NCBI GenBank assembly: GCA_017536505.1
Contig: JAFXHG010000027.1
Coordinates: forward strand, 1,409 to 65,408
Length of the DNA stretch: 64,000 nucleotides
From: Bacilli bacterium
GTDB lineage: Bacteria > Bacillota_I > Bacilli_A > RF39 > UBA660
Direction of reading: 5' to 3'
Shown: in pieces, positions 35,284 through 45,555 of the stretch
How the letters are laid out: each line of letters opens with the position of its first letter
Position numbering within the stretch: the stretch's first letter is position 1
The notes under the pieces: generated by a model
Told to the model about the DNA's origin: nothing
What the model saw: only the letters and a program-made list of their open reading frames with translations
Databases searched by the model: none
Program-made: the position numbers and the translations under genes

Positions 35284-36276
35284 TCACTTTTTATTATATT
35301 CATTATTAACTAATTTATCATAAGGTGCTTTTTTATCAAGTTTATCTGAATTATCCATAATATCTTGAACTCTATCAAAACCTTCTTTTGTTATATAAGT
35401 AGTTCTATACCAAGAATCAGCGTCTCTATATCTCTTAATAACTTCAGTTAAATCATTCATAGAAGTATCAGGGAAGTAACTGGTAATAACTTCAGCTACT
35501 TCTTTATCAGTATGATTAAATACATAATCAAGACCTTTTTGTATGGCTTTAGTAAAACCTTCTATTATATCTTTGTTATCTTCAAGATAACTTTTTTTAG
35601 TCATGTAAGTAGTATAAGGTACTTCACCACCTAATTCACCAAGTGAAGCAACAACATATCCAAAACCTTGTTTTTCTAACTGAAGAGCAGTAGGCTCAAA
35701 AAGTGCAACATAATCACCTGTACCACCTATAAATGCTCCTGACATAGAGGCAAATGCTATAGAAGTATCAAAATTAAGTTCATCTAATTCAATACTACTT
35801 TCATGTAATGTATAAGCAAGTGTCATAGCAGGCATACCACCCTCACGACCAGCAATAACATGGCTACCTTTTAAATCTTTTATATTGAATTCTTTATTTT
35901 CTCTAGCAACAATAAAACTTCCATCTCTTTTAGTTAATCCTGCAAAATTAACTAAATAATCTTTTTCCCCACCATTGTAAATATATATTGATTGTTCACT
36001 ACCACAGAATCCAATTTGTGCATCTCCACTCATAACACTAGCTGCTACAGCATCTGCTCCACTTGTAAGAATTATATCAGCATCTATACCAACTTCTTCA
36101 AAGTATCCTAAACTATCAGCTGCATACATAGGCGCATAAAATATACTATGAGCAACCTCTGCTACAGTTATTTTGGTTAAATCATTAGAATTGTCTTTTC
36201 CTTTGCCCATAAAAACACCTATAGCTATTAAAACAATAAGTAATAGACAAATCAAGCTACCAATAATCTTTTTCAA
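35284..36276 (-). CDS. ABC transporter substrate-binding protein, NMT1/THI5 (NitT/TauT) family; TTG start
   Basis: VAHSIFYAPMYAADSLGYFEEVGIDADII is typical of the family. It has an N-terminal TM/signal anchor. The TTG start follows AGGAGG. Confidence 0.7.
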   Translation of the reverse strand: MKKIIGSLICLLLIVLIAIGVFMGKGKDNSNDLTKITVAEVAHSIFYAPMYAADSLGYFEEVGIDADIILTSGADAVAASVMSGDAQIGFCGSEQSIYIYNGGEKDYLVNFAGLTKRDGSFIVARENKEFNIKDLKGSHVIAGREGGMPAMTLAYTLHESSIELDELNFDTSIAFASMSGAFIGGTGDYVALFEPTALQLEKQGFGYVVASLGELGGEVPYTTYMTKKSYLEDNKDIIEGFTKAIQKGLDYVFNHTDKEVAEVITSYFPDTSMNDLTEVIKRYRDADSWYRTTYITKEGFDRVQDIMDNSDKLDKKAPYDKLVNNEYNKK

Positions 36277-36346
36277 AAAATTTCCTCCTTATTTCATAGG
36301 TATTTTATTCTTTAACATAAAAAAGAGTTACAAAAAAAAGCAAGTT

Positions 36347-37024
36347 TTACTTGCTTTTTGACCATTTAATAAATCCATATATATTATTAATAATTAATAA
36401 TATTGAATCAAATAACATAGGGAGTAATTCATATTGACCGTTAAACATTGGAATACCCCATAACATTAATAGCGTTATCGCACTAACAGTATAAAATATA
36501 AAACTATATTTACTTCTTTTAAGTGCTAGATAGGCTGCATCTAATTTTATTAACATTGATAATGTGGATATTAATAATTGATTAGTATTAAATATTTTTA
36601 ATATAAAATATAATAAGAAAAATAAACAAAAATTTATAATAAACAATAATAGTGTTGTTTTTTTTGATATATTGTTCTGTAATACTTCGTTTGTTTTTTT
36701 ATTTTTGTATTTTAGCCATGTGTATACACTAGAAACATATATAGGCAGCATTATAAATAAATATATAATAACTTCACCATAATATTTATTTTGAAAAGCC
36801 ATTATTGAATATAATATTGATAAAATTATTCCTGTTATTTGACTTAATACTTTACCTTTTGCTCTATTTAAAGAACTAAAAACTCCTAAGAATGCTACAG
36901 ATATAGCCAATAAATTAGATTTAACAATAAATCCAAGTATAATTATAAAATATATACTAGATAATAATAAAAATATTTCAAAATTAGACCAGGAAATTAA
37001 ATACTTCTTTTGTTTAATACTCAT
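36347..37024 (-). CDS. pnuC: PnuC-family nicotinamide riboside (or related vitamin) transporter
   Basis: 7 TM segments, 225 aa. The ...NRAKGKVLSQITGIILSILYSIMAF... and C-terminal NIYGFIKW patterns fit the family. Confidence 0.6.
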   Translation of the reverse strand: MSIKQKKYLISWSNFEIFLLLSSIYFIIILGFIVKSNLLAISVAFLGVFSSLNRAKGKVLSQITGIILSILYSIMAFQNKYYGEVIIYLFIMLPIYVSSVYTWLKYKNKKTNEVLQNNISKKTTLLLFIINFCLFFLLYFILKIFNTNQLLISTLSMLIKLDAAYLALKRSKYSFIFYTVSAITLLMLWGIPMFNGQYELLPMLFDSILLIINNIYGFIKWSKSK

Positions 37025-37158
37025 TTACTCACCTTATTCTTTATTAATTATAGCACCTTTAATTACTGTTGTAAAATGAAAAAATTTTAATTTTAAAAAA
37101 ACTATTGAACAACAAACTTATGTTTGATATAATTAGTAATAGTGAATAGAGGTGAGTT

Positions 37159-39264
37159 ATGAATATAGAAAGTTTAAACGAAAAACAAAAAGAAGCTGTT
37201 ATAAATACTGAAGGACCCATGTTAATTCTAGCAGGAGCAGGTAGTGGTAAAACAAAAGTACTTACTACAAAAATAGCTTATTTAATAGAAGAAAAAAGTG
37301 TAGATCCATATAATATACTTGCCATAACCTTTACAAATAAAGCTGCAAATGAAATGAAAAGTAGAGTAGAAAATATGTTAGGTGTAAGTTCTAATATGAT
37401 TCAAATATCTACATTCCATTCGTTTGGACTTTCAATAATTAAAAGGCATTATGAAAAATTAGGTTTTAAGTCTAACTTTACAATAATAGATTCAGATGAT
37501 TCACTTTCTACTGTAAAAAGAATATTAAAAGATATGAATTTAGATCCTAAATTCTTTAATCCAAAAACAATAAGAAATAAAATTAGTAGTGCGAAAAATG
37601 AATTAATGTCACCAGAAGAGCTTGATAAATTTACTAATAATGAAATAGATGAAGTAACTGTTAAAGTGTATACTGAATATCAAAAGAAATTAAAAGTAAA
37701 TAATAGTTTAGATTTTGATGATTTATTAATGCTTCCTATAATTTTATTTAATGAAAATAAAGAAGTATTAGAGTATTATCAAGAAAGATTTAAATATATA
37801 CTTATAGATGAGTATCAAGATACCAATAGGGTACAATATATATTAACTAAAATGTTAAGTGCGAAATATAAAAATATATGTGTAGTAGGTGATCCAGATC
37901 AAAGTATATATGGATTTAGAGGATCTAATTATAAAAATATATTAAATTTTGAAAAAGATTATAAGGATACTAAAGTAATTCTTTTAGAACAAAATTATCG
38001 TTCTACAAAAAACATATTAAATGCAGCTAACGATATAATTAAGAATAATAAAAATAGAAAAGAAAAAGAACTTTGGACTGATAATAATACTGGAGATAAG
38101 ATTAAATATAAAAGATGTGATGATGAAAAAGATGAAGCTAACTATGTAGTAAGTAATGTAAAAAAATTAATGAATGATGGAATAGATTTAGAAGATATAG
38201 CTGTTTTATATAGAACCAATGCTCAATCAAGAAATATAGAAGAAGCATTCCTAAGAGAAAATATTCCATATAAAGTAGTTGGTAGTTTTTATTTCTATAA
38301 TAGAAAAGAAATTAAAGATTTAATTAGTTATTTAAAACTTATTTATAATCCTAGTGATGATATAAGTTTAACTAGAATAATAAATGTACCTAAAAGAGGT
38401 ATAGGTCTTAAGACTATGGAAAATTTAACTACTAAATCTAATATTTTAAATGAAAGTATATTTAATACAATTGATAGTGGTAAAGAATTAGAATTTAAAA
38501 AAATAATACTAGAATTACAACAATTAAGTGAAGAGTTATCTTTAACGGAGTTAGTAGATTTAGTATTAGATAAAACAGGTATAAGAAAAGAACTAGAATT
38601 AGAAGATACTATAGAATCTCAAGGAAGATTAGAAAACTTAGAAGAATTTAAATCTATAACAAAGAGTTACGAGGATAAGTACGGAGTAGTCTCTTTAGCT
38701 GAATTTTTAGATGAAATAAGTTTAGTATCTGATGTAGAAGAACATAAAAATCGTACTGATGTAGTTACACTTATGACAGTTCATTCTGCTAAAGGATTAG
38801 AATTTAACCATGTATTTATAATAGGTCTTGAAGAAGGGGTATTCCCTCATAGTATGTGTATATATAGTAATGATGAGATAGAAGAAGAAAGAAGACTTTG
38901 CTATGTAGCAGTAACACGTGCTAAAGAAAAATTAACTATATTAAATACTAAGAAAAGACTTTTGTATGGGACTGATAGTTATAATCCTCCAAGTAGATTT
39001 ATTGGTGAAATAAATGATGAATATCTAGATAAAGAAGAGATAAAAATAAATCATACTAGTAAACTTAATAAGATATTTAAGAGTTCTAATATTAATAAGT
39101 ATGAAGAATATACACCTGGAGAAAAAGTAATGCATGATAAGTATGGTGAAGGAGTTATTATAAGTGTTGATACTTCAATACTTACAATTGCATTTGCACA
39201 TCCTCATGGCATTGTAAAGATTATGAAAGGGCATAAGAGTTTAAAAAAATTAGATGAAGAATAG
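37159..39264 (+). CDS. pcrA: ATP-dependent DNA helicase PcrA (UvrD family)
   Basis: LNEKQKEAV...AGAGSGKTKVLT, DEYQDTN, QNYRST and VMTVHSAKGLEF motifs. Confidence 0.92.
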   Translation: MNIESLNEKQKEAVINTEGPMLILAGAGSGKTKVLTTKIAYLIEEKSVDPYNILAITFTNKAANEMKSRVENMLGVSSNMIQISTFHSFGLSIIKRHYEKLGFKSNFTIIDSDDSLSTVKRILKDMNLDPKFFNPKTIRNKISSAKNELMSPEELDKFTNNEIDEVTVKVYTEYQKKLKVNNSLDFDDLLMLPIILFNENKEVLEYYQERFKYILIDEYQDTNRVQYILTKMLSAKYKNICVVGDPDQSIYGFRGSNYKNILNFEKDYKDTKVILLEQNYRSTKNILNAANDIIKNNKNRKEKELWTDNNTGDKIKYKRCDDEKDEANYVVSNVKKLMNDGIDLEDIAVLYRTNAQSRNIEEAFLRENIPYKVVGSFYFYNRKEIKDLISYLKLIYNPSDDISLTRIINVPKRGIGLKTMENLTTKSNILNESIFNTIDSGKELEFKKIILELQQLSEELSLTELVDLVLDKTGIRKELELEDTIESQGRLENLEEFKSITKSYEDKYGVVSLAEFLDEISLVSDVEEHKNRTDVVTLMTVHSAKGLEFNHVFIIGLEEGVFPHSMCIYSNDEIEEERRLCYVAVTRAKEKLTILNTKKRLLYGTDSYNPPSRFIGEINDEYLDKEEIKINHTSKLNKIFKSSNINKYEEYTPGEKVMHDKYGEGVIISVDTSILTIAFAHPHGIVKIMKGHKSLKKLDEE

Positions 39265-39316
39265 ATTGACTAACTTCATCTTTTTTTATATAATTAATAA
39301 GAGTAGGAGGATGTAT

Positions 39317-39682
39317 ATGATAATAGGTATTGATAAAAAAGAATTACAAAAACAAAGAGAACAAAAATATAATGAATATGCAATACTTTTAAATAGTACT
39401 AATCCTTCTAAAGATGATTTAAATGCTTTAAAATCAGAAATAAAATATTTAGATGATCAAATAAATAAGATTATAGGTTCAAATGAAAAGAAAAGAATAG
39501 AGCAAGTAAAAAATAAAAAACTTGGTATAGAAGAAAAAAATAAAGAAAGTTATTATTCATTTAAGGAAAAGTATAAAAAGATAAGTAATATGAAATTAGC
39601 TACTACTCGTATGATAAGTATTATAGGACAACTACAAAAACAAGAATATATAGAAGAAAGAGTTAAGGTGAAGGTAGCATAA
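39317..39682 (+). CDS. hypothetical coiled-coil protein
   Basis: ATG 39317 lies 6 nt after AGGAGG. No recognisable family. Confidence 0.4.
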   Translation: MIIGIDKKELQKQREQKYNEYAILLNSTNPSKDDLNALKSEIKYLDDQINKIIGSNEKKRIEQVKNKKLGIEEKNKESYYSFKEKYKKISNMKLATTRMISIIGQLQKQEYIEERVKVKVA

Positions 39683-39981
39683 TGGAAGTACAAAAAGAAG
39701 CCTTTAGTGGTTTAATGGAATATTACAAACTTTTACCAAAAGAAACAAAAAGAAAAGAAATAATAGATGAATTAGAAGAACTTATTTCTAATTACTCTAA
39801 AATATGTACACAATTTGGTGTAATGCCTAATATGATGCTTAATAAAGAAATGTTAAACATAAATAGAAAAAATATAACAGAAGATGAATTTCTACATGCT
39901 TTATTTGCTTATTTAAATACACTTCAAGATATAAGCGCACAATTTATAAATAAAATGTGTGATACATTGGAAAAAAAATAA
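39682..39981 (+). CDS. hypothetical protein (99 aa)
   Basis: Stop-start overlap (TAATG) with the upstream ORF. Confidence 0.4.
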   Translation: MEVQKEAFSGLMEYYKLLPKETKRKEIIDELEELISNYSKICTQFGVMPNMMLNKEMLNINRKNITEDEFLHALFAYLNTLQDISAQFINKMCDTLEKK

Positions 39982-40033
39982 AAACATATTTAAAATAATA
40001 TGTTTTTTTGTTATAATTTAGATGGTGATAATA

Positions 40034-40906
40034 ATGGATTTAATAATAGGTTCACATGTATCTTTTAAAAAGGATACTCAGTTATTAGGTAGTGTAGAAG
40101 AAACATTAGGGTATAATGCTAATACATTTATGTTTTATACAGGTGCTCCTCAAAATACAGCTAGAGTACCAATAGATAATGATTTAACTTTAAAGGGTTT
40201 AAAATTAATGGAAGAAAACAACATAGATATAAAAAATGTAGTAGTGCATGCTCCATATATAATAAATTTAGCTAATTCTAATAATTTTGATTTTAATGTA
40301 AGATTTCTTAAAGAAGAAATAGATAGAGTAGAAAGTTTAGGAGTAGATAAACTTGTTCTTCATCCTGGAAGTCATGTGGGATTTGGAGTAGATGTTGGAA
40401 TACAAAATATAATAGATTCACTAAATACAGCACTTTCCCCTGATACAAAAGTAACTATATGTTTAGAAACTATGGCTGGTAAAGGTAGTGAATTAGGTAA
40501 AACTTTTGAAGAAATAAAAACTATAATAGATGGAGTAAAATATAAAGATAAAATAGGTGTATGTATGGATACATGTCATTTGAATGATGCAGGATATGAT
40601 TTAAGTGATTTTGATCTTATATTAGATGAATTTGATGAGTTAGTAGGCTTAGATTACTTAAAAGTAATACATATAAATGATTCTAAAAATATAATGGGAG
40701 CGCATAAAGATAGACATGATAATGTAGGAATAGGAAATATTGGTTTTGATAACTTGATAAAAATAATATATCATGACAAATTAAAAGGAATTCCTAAAAT
40801 ATTAGAAACTCCTTATGTAGAACAAAATCCTCCATATAAAGAGGAAATAGAAATGATAAGAAATAAAACTTTTAATGAGAAATTAATAGAAAATATTTTA
40901 AAATAA
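40034..40906 (+). CDS. nfo: endonuclease IV
   Basis: IGSHVS..., HAPYIINLA, LHPGSH, CLETMAG, CMDTCH and HINDS metal-ligand blocks. Confidence 0.9.
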   Translation: MDLIIGSHVSFKKDTQLLGSVEETLGYNANTFMFYTGAPQNTARVPIDNDLTLKGLKLMEENNIDIKNVVVHAPYIINLANSNNFDFNVRFLKEEIDRVESLGVDKLVLHPGSHVGFGVDVGIQNIIDSLNTALSPDTKVTICLETMAGKGSELGKTFEEIKTIIDGVKYKDKIGVCMDTCHLNDAGYDLSDFDLILDEFDELVGLDYLKVIHINDSKNIMGAHKDRHDNVGIGNIGFDNLIKIIYHDKLKGIPKILETPYVEQNPPYKEEIEMIRNKTFNEKLIENILK

Positions 40907-41158
40907 ATATCCTTTATATCTGTTTTTATAGTATAAAAATAATTCTTTTACTTTAATGAATGCTACATTATTGATATTTTTTTCAACAAGGTTTAAATAC
41001 TTATCTTCATTAACCAAGATATCTTCAAAGTTATTTTGGACTAAGTTAAGTAGATATTCTAGTTCATCATTTGTTAGATCAATATCATTCTTTAAAGCAA
41101 ACTCATTTAATTTAATAATGTCTAATTTATCAATATAATTTTTTATTAAACTTTTCAT
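40898..41158 (-). CDS. small helical protein (DUF2624-like)
   Basis: 86 aa. The family call is a weak impression. Confidence 0.3.
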   Translation of the reverse strand: MKSLIKNYIDKLDIIKLNEFALKNDIDLTNDELEYLLNLVQNNFEDILVNEDKYLNLVEKNINNVAFIKVKELFLYYKNRYKGYLF

Positions 41159-41267
41159 ATATTCACCATTATAATATATGATTAAATAAAATAATAATGA
41201 ATAAAATAATAGTAGGTGATTTTAATGATAATAATAAATAAAGTCTTTTTTCAATACAAAATAATAA

Positions 41268-43340
41268 ATGAAGAAAAAAATAAACAAGTATAAGTATCAT
41301 AAAAAAAGAATAAATATAGAAGAAATAATTGAAAAAAGATACAAAATATTAGTAATTGTAATAATTATAATAATGGCTTTATTATTATCAACACTATTCT
41401 ACGTTCAAATAATAAGAAATAAACATTATAGTAATAAATTAACATCTCTTACTGTAAATATAATAGAAGGAGATTCAACTCCTAGAGGAAGAATATATGA
41501 TAGAAATGGAAATATAATAGTAGATAATCAATCAATAAAAACAATTTACTATAAAAAGCCAAATAAAATTACTACTAAAAAGGAAATAGAAACTGCTTAT
41601 AAAGTAGCTGAATATATAAATGTTAATTATGATAAGTTAACAAAGAAGATGTTAAAGAAATTTTGGATACTAAATAACTCAGAAGAAGCAAAAAAAAGAA
41701 TAACGGATAAGGAATGGAAAGACTATGAAAATAGAAAATTATCTCTTGAAGATATAGAAGATTTAAAATTAGAAAGAGTAACTGATGAAGATATAGATTT
41801 ATATGAAGATTTGGATAAGGAAGCTTGTTACATATATAACCTTATGAATAAAGGATATTACTATACAGAAAAAACAATAAAGAATAAAGATGTAACTGAT
41901 GAAGAATATGCTAAAATAGCTGAGAATATAAATACTTTATCAGGTATTAATGTAAAACTAGATTGGGAAAGATATTATCCATATGGTAATACATTTAAAA
42001 CAATTTTAGGTAGTGTATCTTCTAGTAGTAGTGGTATTCCATATAATTTGAAAGAATATTATCTAGATTTAGGTTATGCTTTAACAGATAGGGTTGGTAC
42101 AAGCTATATTGAGTATCAATATGAAGATTATTTAAAAGGAACTAAAGCTACTTATCAGGTAAATGAAGATGGTAGTTATACAGAACTTACTAAAGGAAAA
42201 AGAGGTAATGATATAGTTCTTACAATTGATATAAAATTACAAAAGGAAGTAGAAAAAATACTTGAAGAAGAATTAATAACAGCTAAAAAAGAAAGATATA
42301 CACAATATTTTGATAAATCTTATGTAATTATAAATGATCCAAATACAGGAGAAATACTTGCTATGGCTGGAAAACAAATAGTAGTTAATGATGATGGAAG
42401 TTATTCTATATATGATTATACTCCAGGTGTAATAACTGCTTCTGTAACACCAGGATCTATAGTAAAAGGCGCTTCACATATAGTGGGATATAATACAGGA
42501 GCTTTAGAAATAGGAGAAGTTAGAAAAGATGAATGTATAAAAATAGCTGCTACACCTATAAAATGTTCATTTAGAAATTATGGTTATATAGATGATGTAG
42601 CTGCTTTAAAGTATTCTTCAAATGTTTATCAATTTTATACAGCAATAAAAGTTGGGGAAGGTAATTATGGTTATAATAAACCACTTGTGATAAATGAAAA
42701 AGCTTTTGATATATATAGAGAAACATTTGCTGAGTTTGGATTAGGTATAAAAACAGGAATAGATTTGCCTAATGAGTCTTTAGGATACAAAGGAGAAAAT
42801 AGATTATCAGGTTTACTTTTAGACTTTTCGATAGGACAATATGATACTTATACTCCAATTCAATTATCACAATATATGTCTACGATTGCTAATGATGGAG
42901 TAAGAATGCAACCATATTTATTAAAAGCTGTATTTAATTCTAGCGAAGAGAATTTAACAAGTATAGTTTATGAAACAAAACCTAAGGAACTAAATAAAAT
43001 AAATACAAAAGATAAATATTTAGATAGAGTAAAAGAAGGATTTAAACAAGTAACTGCCCCTGGAGGTACAGGATCTGGTTATGTAGATTATAGCTATAAA
43101 CCTGCAGGGAAAACTGGAACTGCTCAAAGTTTTTTAGATACAGATGGAGATGGAATAATAGATACAGCAACTACTACAGCTACATTTGCAGCATATGCTC
43201 CATACGATAATCCAGAAGTAGTATTTACTGTAATTTCACCTGATGTAGCTCCAGAAGAAGTTACTTATTCTCAAATGAGTCGTGTAAATACAAGAATAAG
43301 TCAAAAAGTTAGCAAAAAATACTTTGAAATTTATGGATAA
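41268..43340 (+). CDS. class B penicillin-binding protein (PBP2-type transpeptidase)
   Basis: N-terminal TM anchor. SIVK (SxxK), SSN (SxN) and KTGTA motifs appear in the correct order. Confidence 0.88.
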   Translation: MKKKINKYKYHKKRINIEEIIEKRYKILVIVIIIIMALLLSTLFYVQIIRNKHYSNKLTSLTVNIIEGDSTPRGRIYDRNGNIIVDNQSIKTIYYKKPNKITTKKEIETAYKVAEYINVNYDKLTKKMLKKFWILNNSEEAKKRITDKEWKDYENRKLSLEDIEDLKLERVTDEDIDLYEDLDKEACYIYNLMNKGYYYTEKTIKNKDVTDEEYAKIAENINTLSGINVKLDWERYYPYGNTFKTILGSVSSSSSGIPYNLKEYYLDLGYALTDRVGTSYIEYQYEDYLKGTKATYQVNEDGSYTELTKGKRGNDIVLTIDIKLQKEVEKILEEELITAKKERYTQYFDKSYVIINDPNTGEILAMAGKQIVVNDDGSYSIYDYTPGVITASVTPGSIVKGASHIVGYNTGALEIGEVRKDECIKIAATPIKCSFRNYGYIDDVAALKYSSNVYQFYTAIKVGEGNYGYNKPLVINEKAFDIYRETFAEFGLGIKTGIDLPNESLGYKGENRLSGLLLDFSIGQYDTYTPIQLSQYMSTIANDGVRMQPYLLKAVFNSSEENLTSIVYETKPKELNKINTKDKYLDRVKEGFKQVTAPGGTGSGYVDYSYKPAGKTGTAQSFLDTDGDGIIDTATTTATFAAYAPYDNPEVVFTVISPDVAPEEVTYSQMSRVNTRISQKVSKKYFEIYG

Positions 43341-43384
43341 TTTGCTATAATATATTGGAACATTAAAAAAAAGGAGGAGAAACT

Positions 43385-43552
43385 ATGGCAAAAAAAGGAG
43401 AAGCTAGACAAAGAATAACTCTAAAATGTACTGAATGTAAAGAAGAAAATTATCGTACTGAAAAAAATAAAAAGAATACTACAGATCGTTTAGAATTAAA
43501 TAAATTCTGTCCAAAATGTAAAAAGAATACTCTTCATAAAGAAGCTAAATAG
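43385..43552 (+). CDS. rpmG: 50S ribosomal protein L33 (55 aa; absent from the ORF track)
   Basis: [55 protein letters not shown], with the CxxC...CxxC pattern. AGGAGGAG RBS. Confidence 0.9.
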   Translation: MAKKGEARQRITLKCTECKEENYRTEKNKKNTTDRLELNKFCPKCKKNTLHKEAK

Positions 43553-43585
43553 TATTAAAACTTTATTAAGGGGAGGAGGAGTAAA

Positions 43586-44143
43586 ATGTTTAACGTAAAT
43601 GATATTAAAAATGGAATGACAATCCTTTTTGAAGATAATATATATACAGTACTTGAATTCTCTCATGTTAAACCTGGAAAAGGTGCAGCATTTGTTCAAG
43701 CAAAATTAAAAAATCTTCGCACAGGATCTATAGTTGAAAAAAGATTTAATTCAGGTGTTAAGTTAGAAAAAGCTATGGTTGAAAAACAAGGAATGCAATT
43801 TTTATATGCAAATGGCGATTCTTATAACTTCATGAATATGGAAACATATGAACAAATAGATTTAACTAAAGAACAATTAGGAGATAATGTTAATTATTTA
43901 AAAGAAGGATTAGATGTTTTAATTTCTTTCTATGAAGGAGAATTATTAGGTATAATACTACCAGCTCAAGTAGATTTAAAAGTTGTTAAAACTGAACCAG
44001 CAGTAAAAGGAAATACTACTAATAATGCTACAAAAGATGCAGAATTAGAAACAGGATTAATTGTTAGAGTTCCTTTATTTATTGAAAATGATGAAGTTAT
44101 ATCTGTATATACTGCAGATGGAAAATATGCTTCAAGAGCTTAA
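43586..44143 (+). CDS. efp: elongation factor P
   Basis: ...EFSHVKPGKGAAFVQAKLKNL... 185 aa. Confidence 0.93.
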   Translation: MFNVNDIKNGMTILFEDNIYTVLEFSHVKPGKGAAFVQAKLKNLRTGSIVEKRFNSGVKLEKAMVEKQGMQFLYANGDSYNFMNMETYEQIDLTKEQLGDNVNYLKEGLDVLISFYEGELLGIILPAQVDLKVVKTEPAVKGNTTNNATKDAELETGLIVRVPLFIENDEVISVYTADGKYASRA

Positions 44144-44212
44144 AAATATTTTAAGCTTTTTTTATTGTATAAAAATGCATTTTATGGTATCATTTATATG
44201 ATAGGTGATTAT

Positions 44213-45298
44213 ATGAATAATAAGGGATTTACACTCATTGAGTTAACTGCAATTATAGTAGTTTTAGCAGCTATATTCTTAGTATGCTTTCCAAATCTTT
44301 TAAATATATCAAGAGAAGATGAAGAAAAAAAATATGATAATATGGTTGATAATTTATGTTTAGCAGGTGAATCTTATATATATTCCAATATAGATTCATT
44401 TCCAGAACTTTCAACACCTAACTCATTAATAAAATTAAATATATCAACTTTAATTGAATATGGTAATGTTAAAAAAAATACAACTAATCCAAATACAAAC
44501 AAAATAGTAGATAATAATTTTTTAGAGTATACAGTTTTATCTGATAACTCATTATCTTGTGAATATGTTGATACTGCTTGTTTAATGACAAAAGATGATA
44601 ATAATAATGGATTATTAAATATAGGAGATATAGTAACATGTGGAACTGAAAGTTTTTATGTAGTTCCAGACCATGAAAAAGCGAGTGAAAATACAGTATC
44701 TTTATTAGCAAAACACAATTTAAATATAGGGGATCATAAGTATCCAAACGAGTCAACATATGGTATACAGGAAGAAAAAGCAGTAGGATGGTTAGATCAT
44801 GGATATCAAAAATATGGAGACATTATGTATGCAAGCGAAAATTATTGGTTAGAGGAGTCCGCTTTAAAAAGTGAATATGGAACATCTTTTCCAGTTTGGG
44901 TATACGATAATAATTCGTTAATATATGAACATATAGAAAATTATAAAAATTATTTAATAAGTAGTGGTGTTGATAATTTATTAGCGTTCCCTCCTTCATA
45001 CAAACAGGTAAAAAAATTAGGTTGCGAAGAAGTAAAAGCAAATAGCTGTGTATCAGGCGGTGCTAAAACTTGGGTGTATTCAAGTTGTTATTGGCTTGGT
45101 ACAGCTCTTTTTGAAGAAGATAATGAATTTCAAAAATTTAGATTATATGCTATAGGATCATATGAACTTCATGAAGTAGGTACTTTAGATAGTATAGGAA
45201 TAGTAGGCGTTGAAGAACTTGGATATGGAGTAAGACCGGTAATAATATTACCTGTTAATGACTATTTAAAAAGAGGTAGTGATTTACAATTAGAATAG
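44213..45298 (+). CDS. prepilin-type N-terminal cleavage/methylation domain protein with large Cys-containing C-terminal domain
   Basis: MNNKG|FTLIELTAIIVVLAAIFLV is a class III signal. ATG 44213 follows GGTGA. The C-terminal tail ...CYWLGTA...GYGVRPVIILP resembles DUF6273-type domains. Confidence 0.65.
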   Translation: MNNKGFTLIELTAIIVVLAAIFLVCFPNLLNISREDEEKKYDNMVDNLCLAGESYIYSNIDSFPELSTPNSLIKLNISTLIEYGNVKKNTTNPNTNKIVDNNFLEYTVLSDNSLSCEYVDTACLMTKDDNNNGLLNIGDIVTCGTESFYVVPDHEKASENTVSLLAKHNLNIGDHKYPNESTYGIQEEKAVGWLDHGYQKYGDIMYASENYWLEESALKSEYGTSFPVWVYDNNSLIYEHIENYKNYLISSGVDNLLAFPPSYKQVKKLGCEEVKANSCVSGGAKTWVYSSCYWLGTALFEEDNEFQKFRLYAIGSYELHEVGTLDSIGIVGVEELGYGVRPVIILPVNDYLKRGSDLQLE

Positions 45299-45307
45299 AG
45301 GTGTAAT

Positions 45308-45541
45308 ATGTTAGAAGTAGGAGAAATAGTAAAATTAGATGATAGTAAAGAGTATATAGTAGTTAATTCTATTTATCTTCATAACGTTCGTTATGTTTTT
45401 CTAATAAGTAACTTTAAACCTCTTAACATTGTTATAGCTACAGAAAAAATAAAGGAAGAAGATATAGTTCTAGAAGAAGTTAAAGATAATGCAGAACTTG
45501 ATTATATATTAAGTCAATTTGCTCTAATGAAGGATGCTTAA
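45308..45541 (+). CDS. small hypothetical protein (possibly DUF1292-like)
   Basis: 77 aa. RBS AGAGGTG. Confidence 0.3.
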   Translation: MLEVGEIVKLDDSKEYIVVNSIYLHNVRYVFLISNFKPLNIVIATEKIKEEDIVLEEVKDNAELDYILSQFALMKDA

Positions 45542-45555
45542 TATAGGAGGTTGCA

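Noticed and set aside
36277-37158. Looked for a TPP (or other) riboswitch upstream of the THI5-like binding protein gene and pnuC
   Set aside because: The upstream regions are short and AT-rich. They lack the conserved CTGAGA / ACCTGATCTGGATAATGCCAGCG-type TPP core. Only a terminator hairpin (about 36337-36362) and promoter-like sequence are present.
43496-43699. 67-aa minus-strand ORF between rpmG and efp
   Set aside because: It overlaps the 3' end of rpmG and the 5' end of efp in antisense. Both of those genes are unambiguous.
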